Shown one piece after another: positions 24,100 to 37,131 of a stretch of 64,000 bases of DNA. This DNA is from Eledone cirrhosa. Taxonomy: Eukaryota. The DNA lies in NCBI GenBank assembly GCA_964016885.1, contig OZ024743.1, positions 354,516,001 to 354,580,000 on the forward strand, in the 5' to 3' direction. The translations under genes and the position numbers were made by a program. How positions within the stretch are numbered: position 1 is the stretch's first letter; every line of letters starts with the position of its first letter. The notes under the pieces are model-generated. The model searched no databases, was not told where the DNA came from, and saw only the letters and a program-made list of their open reading frames with translations.

Positions 24100-27000
24100 T
24101 TGTTGGTGGTAGAGATTGAGGTTTTTGTGATTCTGGTAATGGTGATGCTGATGATTGTCCTCATGCTGGTTGTTTTTGGTGGTAGAGATTGAGGTTTTTG
24201 TGATTCTGGTAATGGTGATGCTGATTATTGTCCTCATGCTGGTTGTTGTTGGTGGTAGAGATTGAGGTTTTTGTGATCCTGGTAATGGTGATGCTGATGG
24301 TTGTCCTCTTGCTGGTTGTTGTTGGTGGTAGAGATTGAGGTTTTTGTGATCCTGGTAATGGTGATGCTGATGATTGTCCTCAGCTGGTTGTTGTCGGTGG
24401 TAGAGATTGAGGTTTTTGTGATTCTGGTAATGGTGATGCTGATGATTGTCCTCATGCTGGTTGTTGTTGGTGGTAGAGATTGAGGTTTTTGTGATTCTGG
24501 TAATGGTGATGCTGATGATTGTCCTCATGCTAGTTCTTGTTGGTGGTAGAGATTGAGGTTTTTGTGATTCTGGTAATGGTGATGCTGATGATTGTCCTCA
24601 TGCTGGTTGTTGTTGGTGGTAGAGATTGAGGTTTTTGTGATTCTGGTAATGGTGACGCTGATGATTGTCTTCATGCTGGTTGTTGTTGGTGGTAGAGATT
24701 GAAATTTTTGTGATTCTGGTAATGGTGATGCTGATCATTGTACTGATGCTGGTTGTTGTTGGTGGTAGAGATTGAGGTTTTTCTGATACTAATAATGGTG
24801 ATGCTGATGATTGTCCTCATGCTGGTTGTTGTTGGTGGTAGAGATTGAGGTTTTTGTGATTCTGGTAATGGTGATGCTGATGATTGTCCTCGTGCTGGTT
24901 GTTGTTGGTGGTAGAGATTGAGGTTTTTGTGATTCTGGTAATGGTGATGTTGATTGTCCTCATGCTGGTTGTTGTTGGTGGTAGAGATTGAGGTTTTTGT
25001 GATTCTGGTAATGGTGATGCTGATGATTGTCCTCGTGCTGGTTGTTGTTGGTGGTAGAGATTGAGGTTTTTGTGATTCTGGTAATGGTGATGCTGATAAT
25101 TGTCCTCGTGCTGGTTGTTGTTGGTGGTAGAGATTGAGGTTTTTGTGATTCTGGTAATGGTGATGCTGGTGATTGTCCTCATGCTGGTTGTTGTTGGTGG
25201 TAGAGATTGAGGTTTTTGTGATTCTGGTAGTGGTGATGCTGATGATTGTCCTCATGCTGGTTGTTGGTGGTGGTAGAGATTGAGGTTTTTCTGATTCTGG
25301 CAATCGTGATGCTGATGATTGTCTTCATGCTGGTTGTTGTTGGTGGTAGAGATTGAGGTTTTTCTGATCCTGGTAATGGTGATGCTGATGATTGTACTGA
25401 TGTTGGTTGTTGTTGGTGGTAGAGATTGAGGTTTTTGTGATCCTGGTAATGGTGATGCTGATGATTGTCCTCGTGCTGGTTGTTGTTGGTGGTAGAAATT
25501 GAGGTTTTTGTGATCCTGGTAATGGTGATGCTGATGATCGTCCTCATGCTGGTTGTTGTTGGTGGTAGAGATTGAGGTTTTTGTGATTCTGGTAATGGTG
25601 ATGCTGATGATTGTCCTCATGCTGGTTGTTGTTGGTGGTTGAGATTGAGGTTTTTGTGATTCTGGTAATGGTGATGCTGATGATTGTCCTCATGCTGGTT
25701 GTTGTTGGTGGTAGAGATTGAGGTTTTTGTGATTCTGGTAATGGTGATGATGATGATTGTCCTCATGCTGGTTGTTGTTGGTGGTAGAGATTGAGGTTTT
25801 TGTGATCCTGGTAATGGTGATGCTGATGATTGTCCTCATGCTGGTTGTTGTTGGTGGTAGAGATTGAGGTTTTTATGTTTCTGGTAATGGTGATGCTGAT
25901 GTTTGTCTTCATGCTGGTTGTTGTTGGTGATAGAGATTGAGGTCTTTGTGATTCTGGTAATGGTGATGCTGATGATTGTCCTCATGCTGGTTGTTGTTGG
26001 TGGTAGAGATTGAGGTGTTTGTGATTCTGGTAATGGTGATGCTAATGATTGTCTTCATGCTGGTTGTTGTTGGTTGTAGAGATTGAGGTTTTTGTGATTC
26101 GTGTAATGGTGATGCTGATGATTGTCCTCATGCTGGTTGTTGTTGGTGATAGAGATTGAGGTGTTTGTGATTCTGGTAATGGTGATGCTAATGATTGTCT
26201 TCATGCTGGTTGTTGTTGGTGGTAGAGATTGAGGTTTTTGTGATTCTGGTAATGGTGATGCTGATGATTGTCCTCATGCTGGTTGTTGTTGGTGGTAGAG
26301 ATTGAGGTTTTTGTGATTCTGGTAATGGTGATGCTGATGATTGTCCTCATGCTGGTTGTTGTTGGTGGTAGAGATTGAGGTTTTTGTGATTCTCGTAATG
26401 CTGATGCTAATGATTGTCCTCATGCTGGTTGTTGTTGGTAGAGATTGAGGTTTTTGTGATCCTGGTAATGGTGATGGTGATGATTGTCCTCATGCTGGTT
26501 GTTGTTGGTGATAGAGATTGAGGTTTTTGTGATTCTGGTAATGGTGATGCTAATGATTTTCTTCATGCTGGTTGTTGTTGGTGGTAGAGATTGAGGTGTT
26601 TGTGATTCTGGTAATGGTGATGCTAATGATTGTCGTCATGCTGGTTGTTGTTGGTGGTAGAGATTGAGATTTTTGTGATTCTGGTAATGGTGATGCTGAT
26701 GATTGTCTTCATGCTGGTTGTTGTTGGTGGTAGAGAATGAGGTTTTTGTGATTCCGGTAATGGTGATGCTGATGATTGTCTTCATGCTGGTTGTTGTTGG
26801 TGGTAGAGATTGAGGTTTTTGTGATACTTGTAATGGTGATGCTGATGATTGTCTTCATGCTGGTTGTTGTTGGTGGTAGAGATTGAGGTTTTTGTGATTC
26901 TGGTAATGGTGATGCTGATGATTGTCTTCATGCTGGTTGTTGTTGGTGGTAGAGATTGAGGTTTTTGTGATTCTGGTAATGGTGATGCTGATGATTGTCC

Positions 27001-30000
27001 TCATGCTGGTTGTTGTTGGTGGTAGAGATTGAGGTTTTTGTGATTCTGGTAATGGTGATGCTGATGATTGTCCTCATGCTGGTTGTTGTTGGTGGTAGAG
27101 ATTGAGGTTTTTGTGATTCTGGTAATGGTGATGCTGATGATTGTCCTCATGCTGGTTGTTGTTGGTGGTAGAGATTGAGGTTTTTGTGATTCTGGTAATG
27201 GTGATGCTGATTATTGTCCTCATGCTGGTTGTTGTTGGTGGTAGAGATTGAGGTTTTTGTGATCCTGGTAATGGTGATGCTGATGGTTGTCCTCGTGCTG
27301 GTTGTTGTTGGTGGTAGAGATTGAGGTTTTTGTGATCCTGGTAATGGTGATGCTGATGATTGTCCTCAGCTGGTTGTTGTCGGTGGTAGAGATTGAGGTT
27401 TTTCTGATTCTGGTAATGGTGATGCTGATGATTGTCCTCATGCTGGTTGTTGTTGGTGGTAGAGATTGAGGTTTTTGTGATTCTGGTAATGGTGATGCTG
27501 ATGATTGTCCTCATGCTAGTTCTTGTTGGTGGTAGAGATTGAGGTTTTTGTGATTCTGGTAATGGTGATGCTGACGATTGTCCTCATGCTGGTTGTTGTT
27601 GGTGGTAGAGATTGAGGTTTTTGTGATCCTGGTAATGGTGATGCTGATGATTGTCCTCATGCTGGTTGTTGTTGGTGGTAGAGATTGAGGTTTTTGTGAT
27701 TCTGGTAATGGTGATGCTGATGATTGTCCTCATGCTGGTTGTTGTTGGTGGTAGAGATTGAGGTTTTTGTGATCCAGGTAATGGTGATGCTGATGATTGT
27801 CCTCATGCTGGTTGTTGTTGGTGGTAGAGATTGAGGTTTTTGTGATTCTGGTAATGGTGATGCTGATGATTGTCCTCATGCTGGTTGTTGTTGGTGGTAG
27901 AGATTGAGGTTTTTGTGATTCTGGTAATGGTGACGCTGATGATTGTCTTCATGCTGGTTGTTGTTGGTGGTAGAGATTGAAATTTTTGTGATTCTGGTAA
28001 TGGTGATGCTGATCATTGTACTGATGCTGGTTGTTGTTGGTGGTAGAGATTGAGGTTTGTCTGATACTAATAATGGTGATGCTGATGATTGTCCTCATGC
28101 TGGTTGTTGTTGGTGGTAGAGATTGAGGTTTTTGTGATTCTGGTAATGGTGATGCTGATGATTGTCCTCGTGCTGGTTGTTGTTGGTGGTAGAGATTGAG
28201 GTTTTTGTGATTCTGGTAATGGTGATGTTGATTGTCCTCATGCTGGTTGTTGTTGGTGGTAGAGATTGAGGTTTTTGTGATTCTGGTAATGGTGATGCTG
28301 ATGATTGTCCTCGTGCTGGTTGTTGTTGGTGGTAGAGATTGAGGTTTTTGTGATTCTGGTAATGGTGATGCTGATGATTGTCCTCATGCTGGTTGTTGTT
28401 GGTGGTAGAGATTGAGGTTTTTGTGATTCTGGTAATGGTGATGCTGGTGATTGTCCTCATGCTGGTTGTTGTTGGTGGTAGAGATTGAGGTTTTTGTGAT
28501 TCTGGTAATGGTGATGCTGATGATTGTCCTCATGCTGGTTGTTGTTGGTGGTAGAGATTGAGGTTTTTGTGATTCTGGTAATGGTGATGCTGATTATTGT
28601 CCTCATGCTGGTTGTTGTTGGTGGTAGAGATTGAGGTTTTTGTGATCCTGGTAATGGTGATGCTGATGGTTGTCCTCGTGCTGGTTGTTGTTGGTGGTAG
28701 AGATTGAGGTTTTTGTGATCCTGGTAATGGTGATGCTGATGATTGTCCTCAGCTGGTTGTTGTCGGTGGTAGAGATTGAGGTTTTTCTGATTCTGGTAAT
28801 GGTGATGCTGATGATTGTCCTCATGCTGGTTGTTGTTGGTGGTAGAGATTGAGGTTTTTGTGATTCTGGTAATGGTGATGCTGATGATTGTCCTCATGCT
28901 AGTTCTTGTTGGTGGTAGAGATTGAGGTTTTTGTGATTCTGGTAATGGTGATGCTGACGATTGTCCTCATGCTGGTTGTTGTTGGTGGTAGAGATTGAGG
29001 TTTTTGTGATCCTGGTAATGGTGATGCTGATGATTGTCCTCATGCTGGTTGTTGTTGGTGGTAGAGATTGAGGTTTTTGTGATTCTGGTAATGGTGATGC
29101 TGATGATTGTCCTCATGCTGGTTGTTGTTGGTGGTAGAGATTGAGGTTTTTGTGATCCAGGTAATGGTGATGCTGATGATTGTCCTCATGCTGGTTGTTG
29201 TTGGTGGTAGAGATTGAGGTTTTTGTGATTCTGGTAATGGTGATGCTGATGATTGTCCTCATGCTGGTTGTTGTTGGTGGTAGAGATTGAGGTTTTTGTG
29301 ATTCTGGTAATGGTGACGCTGATGATTGTCTTCATGCTGGTTGTTGTTGGTGGTAGAGATTGAAATTTTTGTGATTCTGGTAATGGTGATGCTGATCATT
29401 GTACTGATGCTGGTTGTTGTTGGTGGTAGAGATTGAGGTTTGTCTGATACTAATAATGGTGATGCTGATGATTGTCCTCATGCTGGTTGTTGTTGGTGGT
29501 AGAGATTGAGGTTTTTGTGATTCTGGTAATGGTGATGCTGATGATTGTCCTCGTGCTGGTTGTTGTTGGTGGTAGAGATTGAGGTTTTTGTGATTCTGGT
29601 AATGGTGATGTTGATTGTCCTCATGCTGGTTGTTGTTGGTGGTAGAGATTGAGGTTTTTGTGATTCTGGTAATGGTGATGCTGATGATTGTCCTCGTGCT
29701 GGTTGTTGTTGGTGGTAGAGATTGAGGTTTTTGTGATTCTGGTAATGGTGATGCTGATAATTGTCCTCGTGCTGGTTGTTGTTGGTGGTAGAGATTGAGG
29801 TTTTTGTGATTCTGGTAATGGTGATGCTGGTGATTGTCCTCATGCTGGTTGTTGTTGGTGGTAGAGATTGAGGTTTTTGTGATTCTGGTAATGGTGATGC
29901 TGATGATTGTCCTCGTGCTGGTTGTTGTTGGTGGTAGAGATTGAGGTTTTTGTGATTCTGGTAATGGTGATGCTGATAATTGTCCTCGTGCTGGTTGTTG

Positions 30001-33000
30001 TTGGTGGTAGAGATTGAGGTTTTTGTGATTCTGGTAATGGTGATGCTGGTGATTGTCCTCATGCTGGTTGTTGTTGGTGGTAGAGATTGAGGTTTTTGTG
30101 ATTCTGGTAGTGGTGATGCTGATGATTGTCCTCATGCTGGTTGTTGGTGGTGGTAGAGATTGAGGTTTTTCTGATTCTGGCAATCGTGATGCTGATGATT
30201 GTCTTCATGCTGGTTGTTGTTGGTGGTAGAGATTGAGGTTTTTCTGATCCTGGTAATGGTGATGCTGATGATTGTACTGATGTTGGTTGTTGTTGGTGGT
30301 AGAGATTGAGGTTTTTGTGATCCTGGTAATGGTGATGCTGATGATTGTCCTCGTGCTGGTTGTTGTTGGTGGTAGAAATTGAGGTTTTTGTGATCCTGGT
30401 AATGGTGATGCTGATGATTGTCCTCATGCTGGTTGTTGTTGGTGGTAGAGATTGAGGTTTTTGTGATTCTGGTAATGGTGATGCTGATGATTGTCCTCAT
30501 GCTGGTTGTTGTTGGTGGTAGAGATTGAGGTTTTTGTGATTCTGGTAATGGTGATGCTAATGATTGTCCTCATGCTGGTTGTTGTTGGTAGAGATTGAGG
30601 TTTTTGTGATCCTGGTAATGGTGATGATGATTGTCCTCATGCTGGTTGTTGTTGGTGATAGAGATTGAGGTTTTTGTGATTCTGGTAATGGTGATGCTAA
30701 TGATTGTCTTCATGCTGGTTGTTGTTGGTGGTAGAGATTGAGGTGTTTGTGATTCTGGTAATGGTGATGCTAATGATTGTCGTCATGCTGGTTGTTGTTG
30801 GTGGTAGAGATTGAGGTTTTTGTGATTCTGGTAATGGTGATGCTGATGATTGTCTTCATGCTGGTTGTTGTTGGTGGTAGAGATTGAGGGTTTTGTGATA
30901 CTGGTAATGGTGATGCTGATGATTGTCTTCATGCTGGTTGTTGTTGGTGGTAGAGAATGAGGTTTTTGTGATTCCGGTAATGGTGATGCTGATGATTGTC
31001 TTCATGCTGGTTGTTGTTGGTGGTAGAGATTGAGGTTTTTCTGATACTTGTAATGGTGATGCTGATGATTGTCTTCATGCTGGTTGTTGTTGGTGGTAGA
31101 GATTGAGGTTTTTGTGATTCTGGTAATGGTGATGCTGATGATTGTCCTCATGCTGGTTGTTGTTGGTGGTAGAGATTGAGGTTTTTGTGATTCTGGTAAT
31201 GGTGATGCTGATGATTGTCCTCATGCTGGTTGTTGTTGGTGGTAGAGATTGAGGTTTTTGTGATTCTGGTAATGGTGATGCTGATGATTGTCCTCATGCT
31301 GGTTGTTGTTGGTGGTAGAGATTGAGGTTTTTGTGATTCTGGTAATGGTGATGCTGATGATTGTCCTCATGCTGGTTGTTGTTGGTGGTAGAGATTGAGG
31401 TTTTTGTGATCCAGGTAATGGTGATGCTGATGATTGTCCTCATGCTGGTTGTTGTTGGTGGTAGAGATTGAGGTTTTTGTGATTCTGGTAATGGTGATGC
31501 TGATGATTGTCCTCATGCTGGTTGTTGTTGGTGGTAGAGATTGAAATTTTTGTGATACTGGTAATGGTGATGCTGATGATTGTCCTCATGCTGGTTGTTG
31601 TTGGTGGTAGAGATTGAGGTTTTTGTGATTCTGGTAATGGTGATGCTGATGATTGTCTTCATGCTGGTTGTTGTTGGTGGTAGAGATTGAAATTTTTGTG
31701 ATTCTGGTAATGGTGATGCTGATCATTGTACTGATGCTGGTTGTTGTTGGTGGTAGAGATTGAGGTTTTTCTGATACTAATAATGGTGATGCTGATGATT
31801 GTCCTCATGCTGGTTGTTGTTGGTGGTAGAGATTGAGGTTTTTGTGATTCTGGTAATGGTGATGCTGATGATTGTCCTCGTGCTGGTTGTTGTTGGTGGT
31901 AGAGATTGAGGTTTTTGTGATTCTGGTAATGGTGATGTTGATGATTGTCCTCATGCTGGTTGTTGTTGGTGGTAGAGATTGAGGTTTTTGTGATTCTGGT
32001 AATGGTGATGCTGATGATTGTCCTCGTGCTAGTTGTTGTTGGTGGTAGGGATTGAGGTTTTTGTGATTCTGGTAATGGTGATGCTGATGATTGTCCTCGT
32101 GCTGGTTGTTGTTGGTGGTAGAGATTGAGGTTTTTGTGATTCTGGTAATGGTGATGCTGATGATTGTCCTCATGCTGGTTGTTGTTGGTGGTAGAGATTG
32201 AGGTTTTTGTGATTCTGGTAGTGGTGATGCTGATGATTGTCCTCATGCTGGTTGTTGGTGGTGGTAGAGATTGAGGTTTTTCTGATTCTGGCAATCGTGA
32301 TGCTGATGATTGTCTTCATGATGGTTGTTGTTGGTGGTAGAGATTGAGGTTTTTCTGATCCTGGTAATGGTGATGCTGATGATTGTACTGATGTTGGTTG
32401 TTGTTGGTGGTAGAGATTGAGGTTTTTGTGATCCTGGTAATGGTGATGCTGATGATTGTCCTCGTGCTGGTTGTTGTTGGTGGTAGAAATTGAGGTTTTT
32501 GTGATCCTGGTAATGGTGATGCTGATGATTGTCCTCATGCTGGTTGTTGTTGGTGGTAGAGATTGAGGTTTTTGTGATCCTGGTTATGGTGATGCTGATG
32601 ATTGTACTGATGTTGGTTGTTGTTGGTGGTAGAGATTGAGGTTTTTGTGATCCTGGTAATGGTGATGCTGATGATTGTCCTCAGCTGGTTGTTGTCGGTG
32701 GTAGAGATTGAGGTTTTTGTGATTCTGGTAATGGTGATGCTGATGATTGTCCTCATGCTGGTTGTTGTTGGTGGTAGAGATTGAGGTTTTTGTGATTCTG
32801 GTAATTGTGATGCTGATGATTGTCCTCATGCTAGTTGTTGTTGGTGGTAGAGATTGAGGTTTTTGTGATTCTGGTAATGGTGATGCTGATGATTGTCCTC
32901 ATGCTGGTTGTTGTTGGTGGTAGAGATTGAAGTTTTTGTGATCCTGGTAATGGTGATGCTGATGATTGTCCTCATGCTGGTTGTTGTTGGTGGTAGAGAT

Positions 33001-36000
33001 TGAGGTTTTTGTGATTCTGGTAATGGTGATGCTGATGATTGTCCTCATGCTGGTTGTTGTTGGTGGTAGAGATTGAGGTTTTTGTGATCCAGGTAATGGT
33101 GATGCTGATGATTGTCCTCATGCTGGTTGTTGTTGGTGGTAGAGATTGAGGTTTTTGTGATTCTGGTAATGGTGATGCTGATGATTGTCCTCATGCTGGT
33201 TGTTGTTGGTGGTAGAGATTGAGGTTTTTGTGATTCTGGTAATGGTGATGCTGATGATTGTCTTCATGCTGGTTGTTGTTGGTGGTAGACATTGAAATTT
33301 TTGTGATTCTGGTAATGGTGATGCTGATCATTGTACTGATGCTGGTTGTTGTTGGTGGTAGAGATTGAGGTTTTTCTGATACTAATAATGGTGATGCTGA
33401 TGATTGTCTTCATGCTGGTTGTTGTTGGTGGTAGAGATTGAGGTTTTTGTGATTCTGGTAATGGTGATGCTGATGATTGTCCTCGTGCTGGTTGTTGTTG
33501 GTGGTAGAGATTGAGGTTTTTGTGATTCTGGTAATGGTGATGTTGATGATTGTCCTCATGCTGGTTGTTGTTGGTGGTAGAGATTGAGGTTTTTGTGATT
33601 CTGGTAATGGTGATGCTGATGATTGTCCTCGTGCTGGTTGTTGTTGGTGGTAGTGATTGAGGTTTTTGTGATTCTGGTAATGGTGATGCTGATGATTGTC
33701 CTCATGCTGGTTGTTGTTGGTGGTAGAGATTGAGGTTTTTGTGATTCTGGTAGTGGTGATGCTGATGATTGTCCTCATGCTGGTTGTTGGTTGTGGTAGA
33801 GATTGAGGTTTTTCTGATTCTGGCAATCGTGATGCTGATGATTGTCTTCATGCTGGTTGTTGTTGGTGGTAGAGATTGAGGTTTTTCTGATCCTGGTAAT
33901 GGTGATGCTGATGATTGTACTGATGTTGGTTGTTGTTGGTGGTAGAGATTGAGGTTTTTGTGATCCTGGTAATGGTGATGCTGATGATTGTCCTCGTGCT
34001 GGTTGTTGTTGGTGGTAGAAATTGAGGTTTTTGTGATCCTGGTAATGGTGATGCTGATGATTGTCCTCATGCTGGTTGTTGTTGGTGGTAGAGATTGATG
34101 TTTTTGTGATCCTGGTAATGGTGATGCTGATGATTGTACTGATGCTGGTTGTTGTTGGTGGTAGAGATTGAGGTTTTTGTGATCCTGGTAATGGTGATGC
34201 TGATGATTGTCCTCATGCTGGTTGTTGTTGGTGGTAGAGATTGAGGTTTTTGTGATTCTGGTAATGGTGATGCTGATGATTGTCCTCATGCTGGTTGTTG
34301 TTGGTGGTAGAGATTGAGGTTTTTGTGATACTAATAATGGTGATGCTGATGATTGTCCTCGTGCTGGTTGTTGTTGGTGGTAGAGATTGAGGTTTTTGTG
34401 ATTCTGGTAATGGTGATGCTGATGATTGTACTGATGCTGGTTGTTGTTGATGGTAGAGATTGAGGTTTTTGTGATTCTGGTAACGGTGATGCTGATGATT
34501 GTCCTCATGCTGGTTGTTGTTGGTGGTAGAGATTGAGGTTTTTGTGATTCTGGTAATGGTGATGCTGATGATTGTCCTCATGCTGGTTGTTGTTGGTGGT
34601 AGAGATTGAGGTTTTTGTGATACTAATAATGGTGATGCTGATGATTGTCCTCGTGCTGGTTGTTGTTGGTGGTAGAGATTGAGGTTTTTGTGATTCTGGT
34701 AATGGTGATGTTGATGATTGTCCTCATGCTGGTTGTTGGTGGTGGTAGAGATTGAGGTTTTTGTGATTCTGGTAATGGTGATGTTGATGATTGTCCTCAT
34801 GCTGGTTGTTGGTGGTGGTAGAGATTGAGGTATTTGTGATTCTGGTAACGGTGATGCTGATGATTGTCCTCATGCTGGTTGTTGTTGGTGGTAGAGATTG
34901 AGGTTTTTGTGATTCTGGTAACGGTGATGCTGATGATTGTCCTCATGCTGGTTGTTGTTGGTGGTAGAGATTGAGGTTTTTGTGATTCTGGTAATGGTGA
35001 TGCTGATGATTGTCCTCATGCTGGTTGTTGTTGGTGGTAGAGATTGAGGTTTTTGTGATACTAATAATGGTGATGCTGATGATTGTCCTCGTGCTGGTTG
35101 TTGTTGGTGGTAGAGATTGAGGTTTTTGTGATTCTGGTAATGGTGATGTTGATGATTGTCCTCATGCTGGTTGTTGGTGGTGGTAGAGATTGAGGTTTTT
35201 GTGATTCTGGTAATGGTGATGTTGATGATTGTCCTCATGCTGGTTGTTGGTGGTGGTAGAGATTGAGGTTTTTGTGATTCTGGTAATGGTGATGCTGATG
35301 ATTGTCCTCATGCTGGTTGTTGTTGGTGGTAGAGATTGAGGTTTTTGTGATTCTGGTAATGGTGATGCTGATGATTGTCCTCATGCTGGTTGTTGTTGGT
35401 GGTAGAGATTGAGGTTTTTGTGATTCTGGTAATGGTGATGCTGATGATTGTCCTCATGCTGGTTGTTGTTGGTGGTAGAGATTGAGGTTTTTGTGATCCT
35501 GGTAATGGTGATGCTGATGATTGTCCTCGTGCTGGTTGTTGTTGGTGGTAGAGATTGAGGTTTTTGTGATCCTGGTAATGGTGATGCTGATGATTGTCCT
35601 CAGCTGGTTGTTGTCGGTGGTAGAGATTGAGGTTTTTGTGATTCTGGTAATGGTGATGCTGATGATTGTCCTCATGCTGGTTGTTGTTGGTGGTAGAGAT
35701 TGAGGTTTTTGTGATTCTGGTAATGGTGATGCTGATGATTGTCCTCATGCTAGTTGTTGTTGGTGGTAGAGATTGAGGTTTTTGTGATTCTGGTAATGGT
35801 GATGCTGATGATTGTCCTCGGATGGTTGTTGTTGGTGGTAGAGATTGAGGTTTTTGTGATCCTGGTAATGGTGATGCTGATGATTGTCCTCATGCTGGTT
35901 GTTGTTGGTGGTAGAGATTGAGGTTTTTGTGATTCTGGTAATGGTGATGCTGATGATTGTCCTCATGCTGGTTGTTGTTGGTGGTAGAGATTGAGGTTTT

Positions 36001-37100
36001 TGTGATCCAGGTAATGGTGATGCTGATGATTGTCCTCATGCTGGTTGTTGTTGGTGGTAGAGATTGAGGTTTTTGTGATTCTGGTAATGGTGATGCTGAT
36101 GATTGTCCTCATGCTGGTTGTTGTTGGTGGTAGAGATTGAAATTTTTGTGATACTGGTAATGGTGATGCTGATGATTGTCCTCATGCTGGTTGTTGTTGG
36201 TGGTAGAGATTGAGGTTTTTGTGATTCTGGTAATGGTGATGCTGATGATTGTCTTCATGCTGGTTGTTGTTGGTGGTAGAGATTGAAATTTTTGTGATTC
36301 TGGTAATGGTGATGCTGATCATTGTACTGATGCTGGTTGTTGTTGGTGGTAGAGATTGAGGTTTTTCTGATACTAATAATGGTGATGCTGATGATTGTCC
36401 TCATGCTGGTTGTTGTTGGTGGTAGAGATTGAGGTTTTTTGTCATTCTGGTAATGGTGATGCTGATGATTGTCCTCGTGCTGGTTGTTGTTGGTGGTAGA
36501 GATTGAGGTTTTTGTGATTCTGGTAATGGTGATGTTGATGATTGTCCTCATGCTGGTTGTTGTTGGTGGTAGAGATTGAGGTTTTTATGATTCTGGTAAT
36601 GGTGATGCTGATGATTGTCCTCGTGCTGGTTGTTGTTGGTGGTAGAGATTGAGGTTTTTGTGATTCTGGTAATGGTGATGCTGATGATTGTCCTCGTGCT
36701 GGTTGTTGTTGGTGGTAGAGATTGAGGTTTTTGTGATTCTGGTAATGGTGATGCTGATGATTGTCCTCATTCTGGTTGTTGTTGGTGGTAGAGATTGAGG
36801 TTTTTGTGATTCTGGTAGTGGTGATGCTGATGATTGTCCTCATGCTGGTTGTTGGTGGTGGTAGAGATTGAGGTTTTTCTGATTCTGGCAATCGTGATGC
36901 TGATGATTGTCTTCATGCTGGTTGTTGTTGGTGGTAGAGATTGAGGTTTTTCTGATCCTGGTAATGGTGATGCTGATGATTGTACTGATGTTGGTTGTTG
37001 TTGGTGGTAGAGATTGAGGTTTTTGTGATCCTGGTAATGGTGATGCTGATGATTGTCCTCGTGCTGGTTGTTGTTGGTGGCAGAAATTGAGGTTTTTGTG
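24100..37100 (+). repeat. Subfamily domain B of the satellite
   Basis: New alleles appear abruptly: 72-bp CCTCAGCTGG unit (PvuII at about 24381, 27368, 28750, 32683, 35601), CCTCGTGCTG, GTACTGATG, GATACTAATAAT, GAAATTTTT, GGCAATCGTG, GATCCAGG. Domain-A-specific alleles disappear. Boundaries approximate and overlapping with C. Confidence 0.8.
27074..29840 (+). repeat. Tandem duplication of a 19-monomer block (1,383 bp)
   Basis: CTAGTTCTTG at about 27517/28900 and GTTTGTCTGATACTAA at about 28055/29438. ORF pairs 27074/28457 and 27220/28603 are offset by 1383 (19x73-4). Confidence 0.9.
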
Positions 37101-37131
37101 ATCCTGGTAATGGTGATGCTGATGATTGTCC

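Larger units (their letters stand above)
1..24100 (+). repeat. Subfamily domain A of the satellite
   Basis: Diagnostic alleles essentially confined here: GAGATATTT, GTTGCTGTTGG(T/C)GATAG, GGAATTC (EcoRI at 643, 3196, 8230, 10857, 16106, 19171, 21795), GTAAACATTG, TAAAGGCGATG/TAAATGCGATG, CTCCTGCTG, and the 72-bp CTGGTGTTGTT unit. From about 12.5 kb it is interleaved with a GCTAATG/GAGGTGTTT/GTCGTCATG cassette. Boundary approximate. Confidence 0.85.

Noticed and set aside
233-35703. Plus-strand 60-aa hydrophobic ORFs (MSSCWLLLVVEIEVFVILVMVMLMIVLM...) resembling membrane peptides
   Set aside because: They occur only across 72-bp monomers and start at TTG. The hydrophobicity is a direct result of GT-rich NTN codons.
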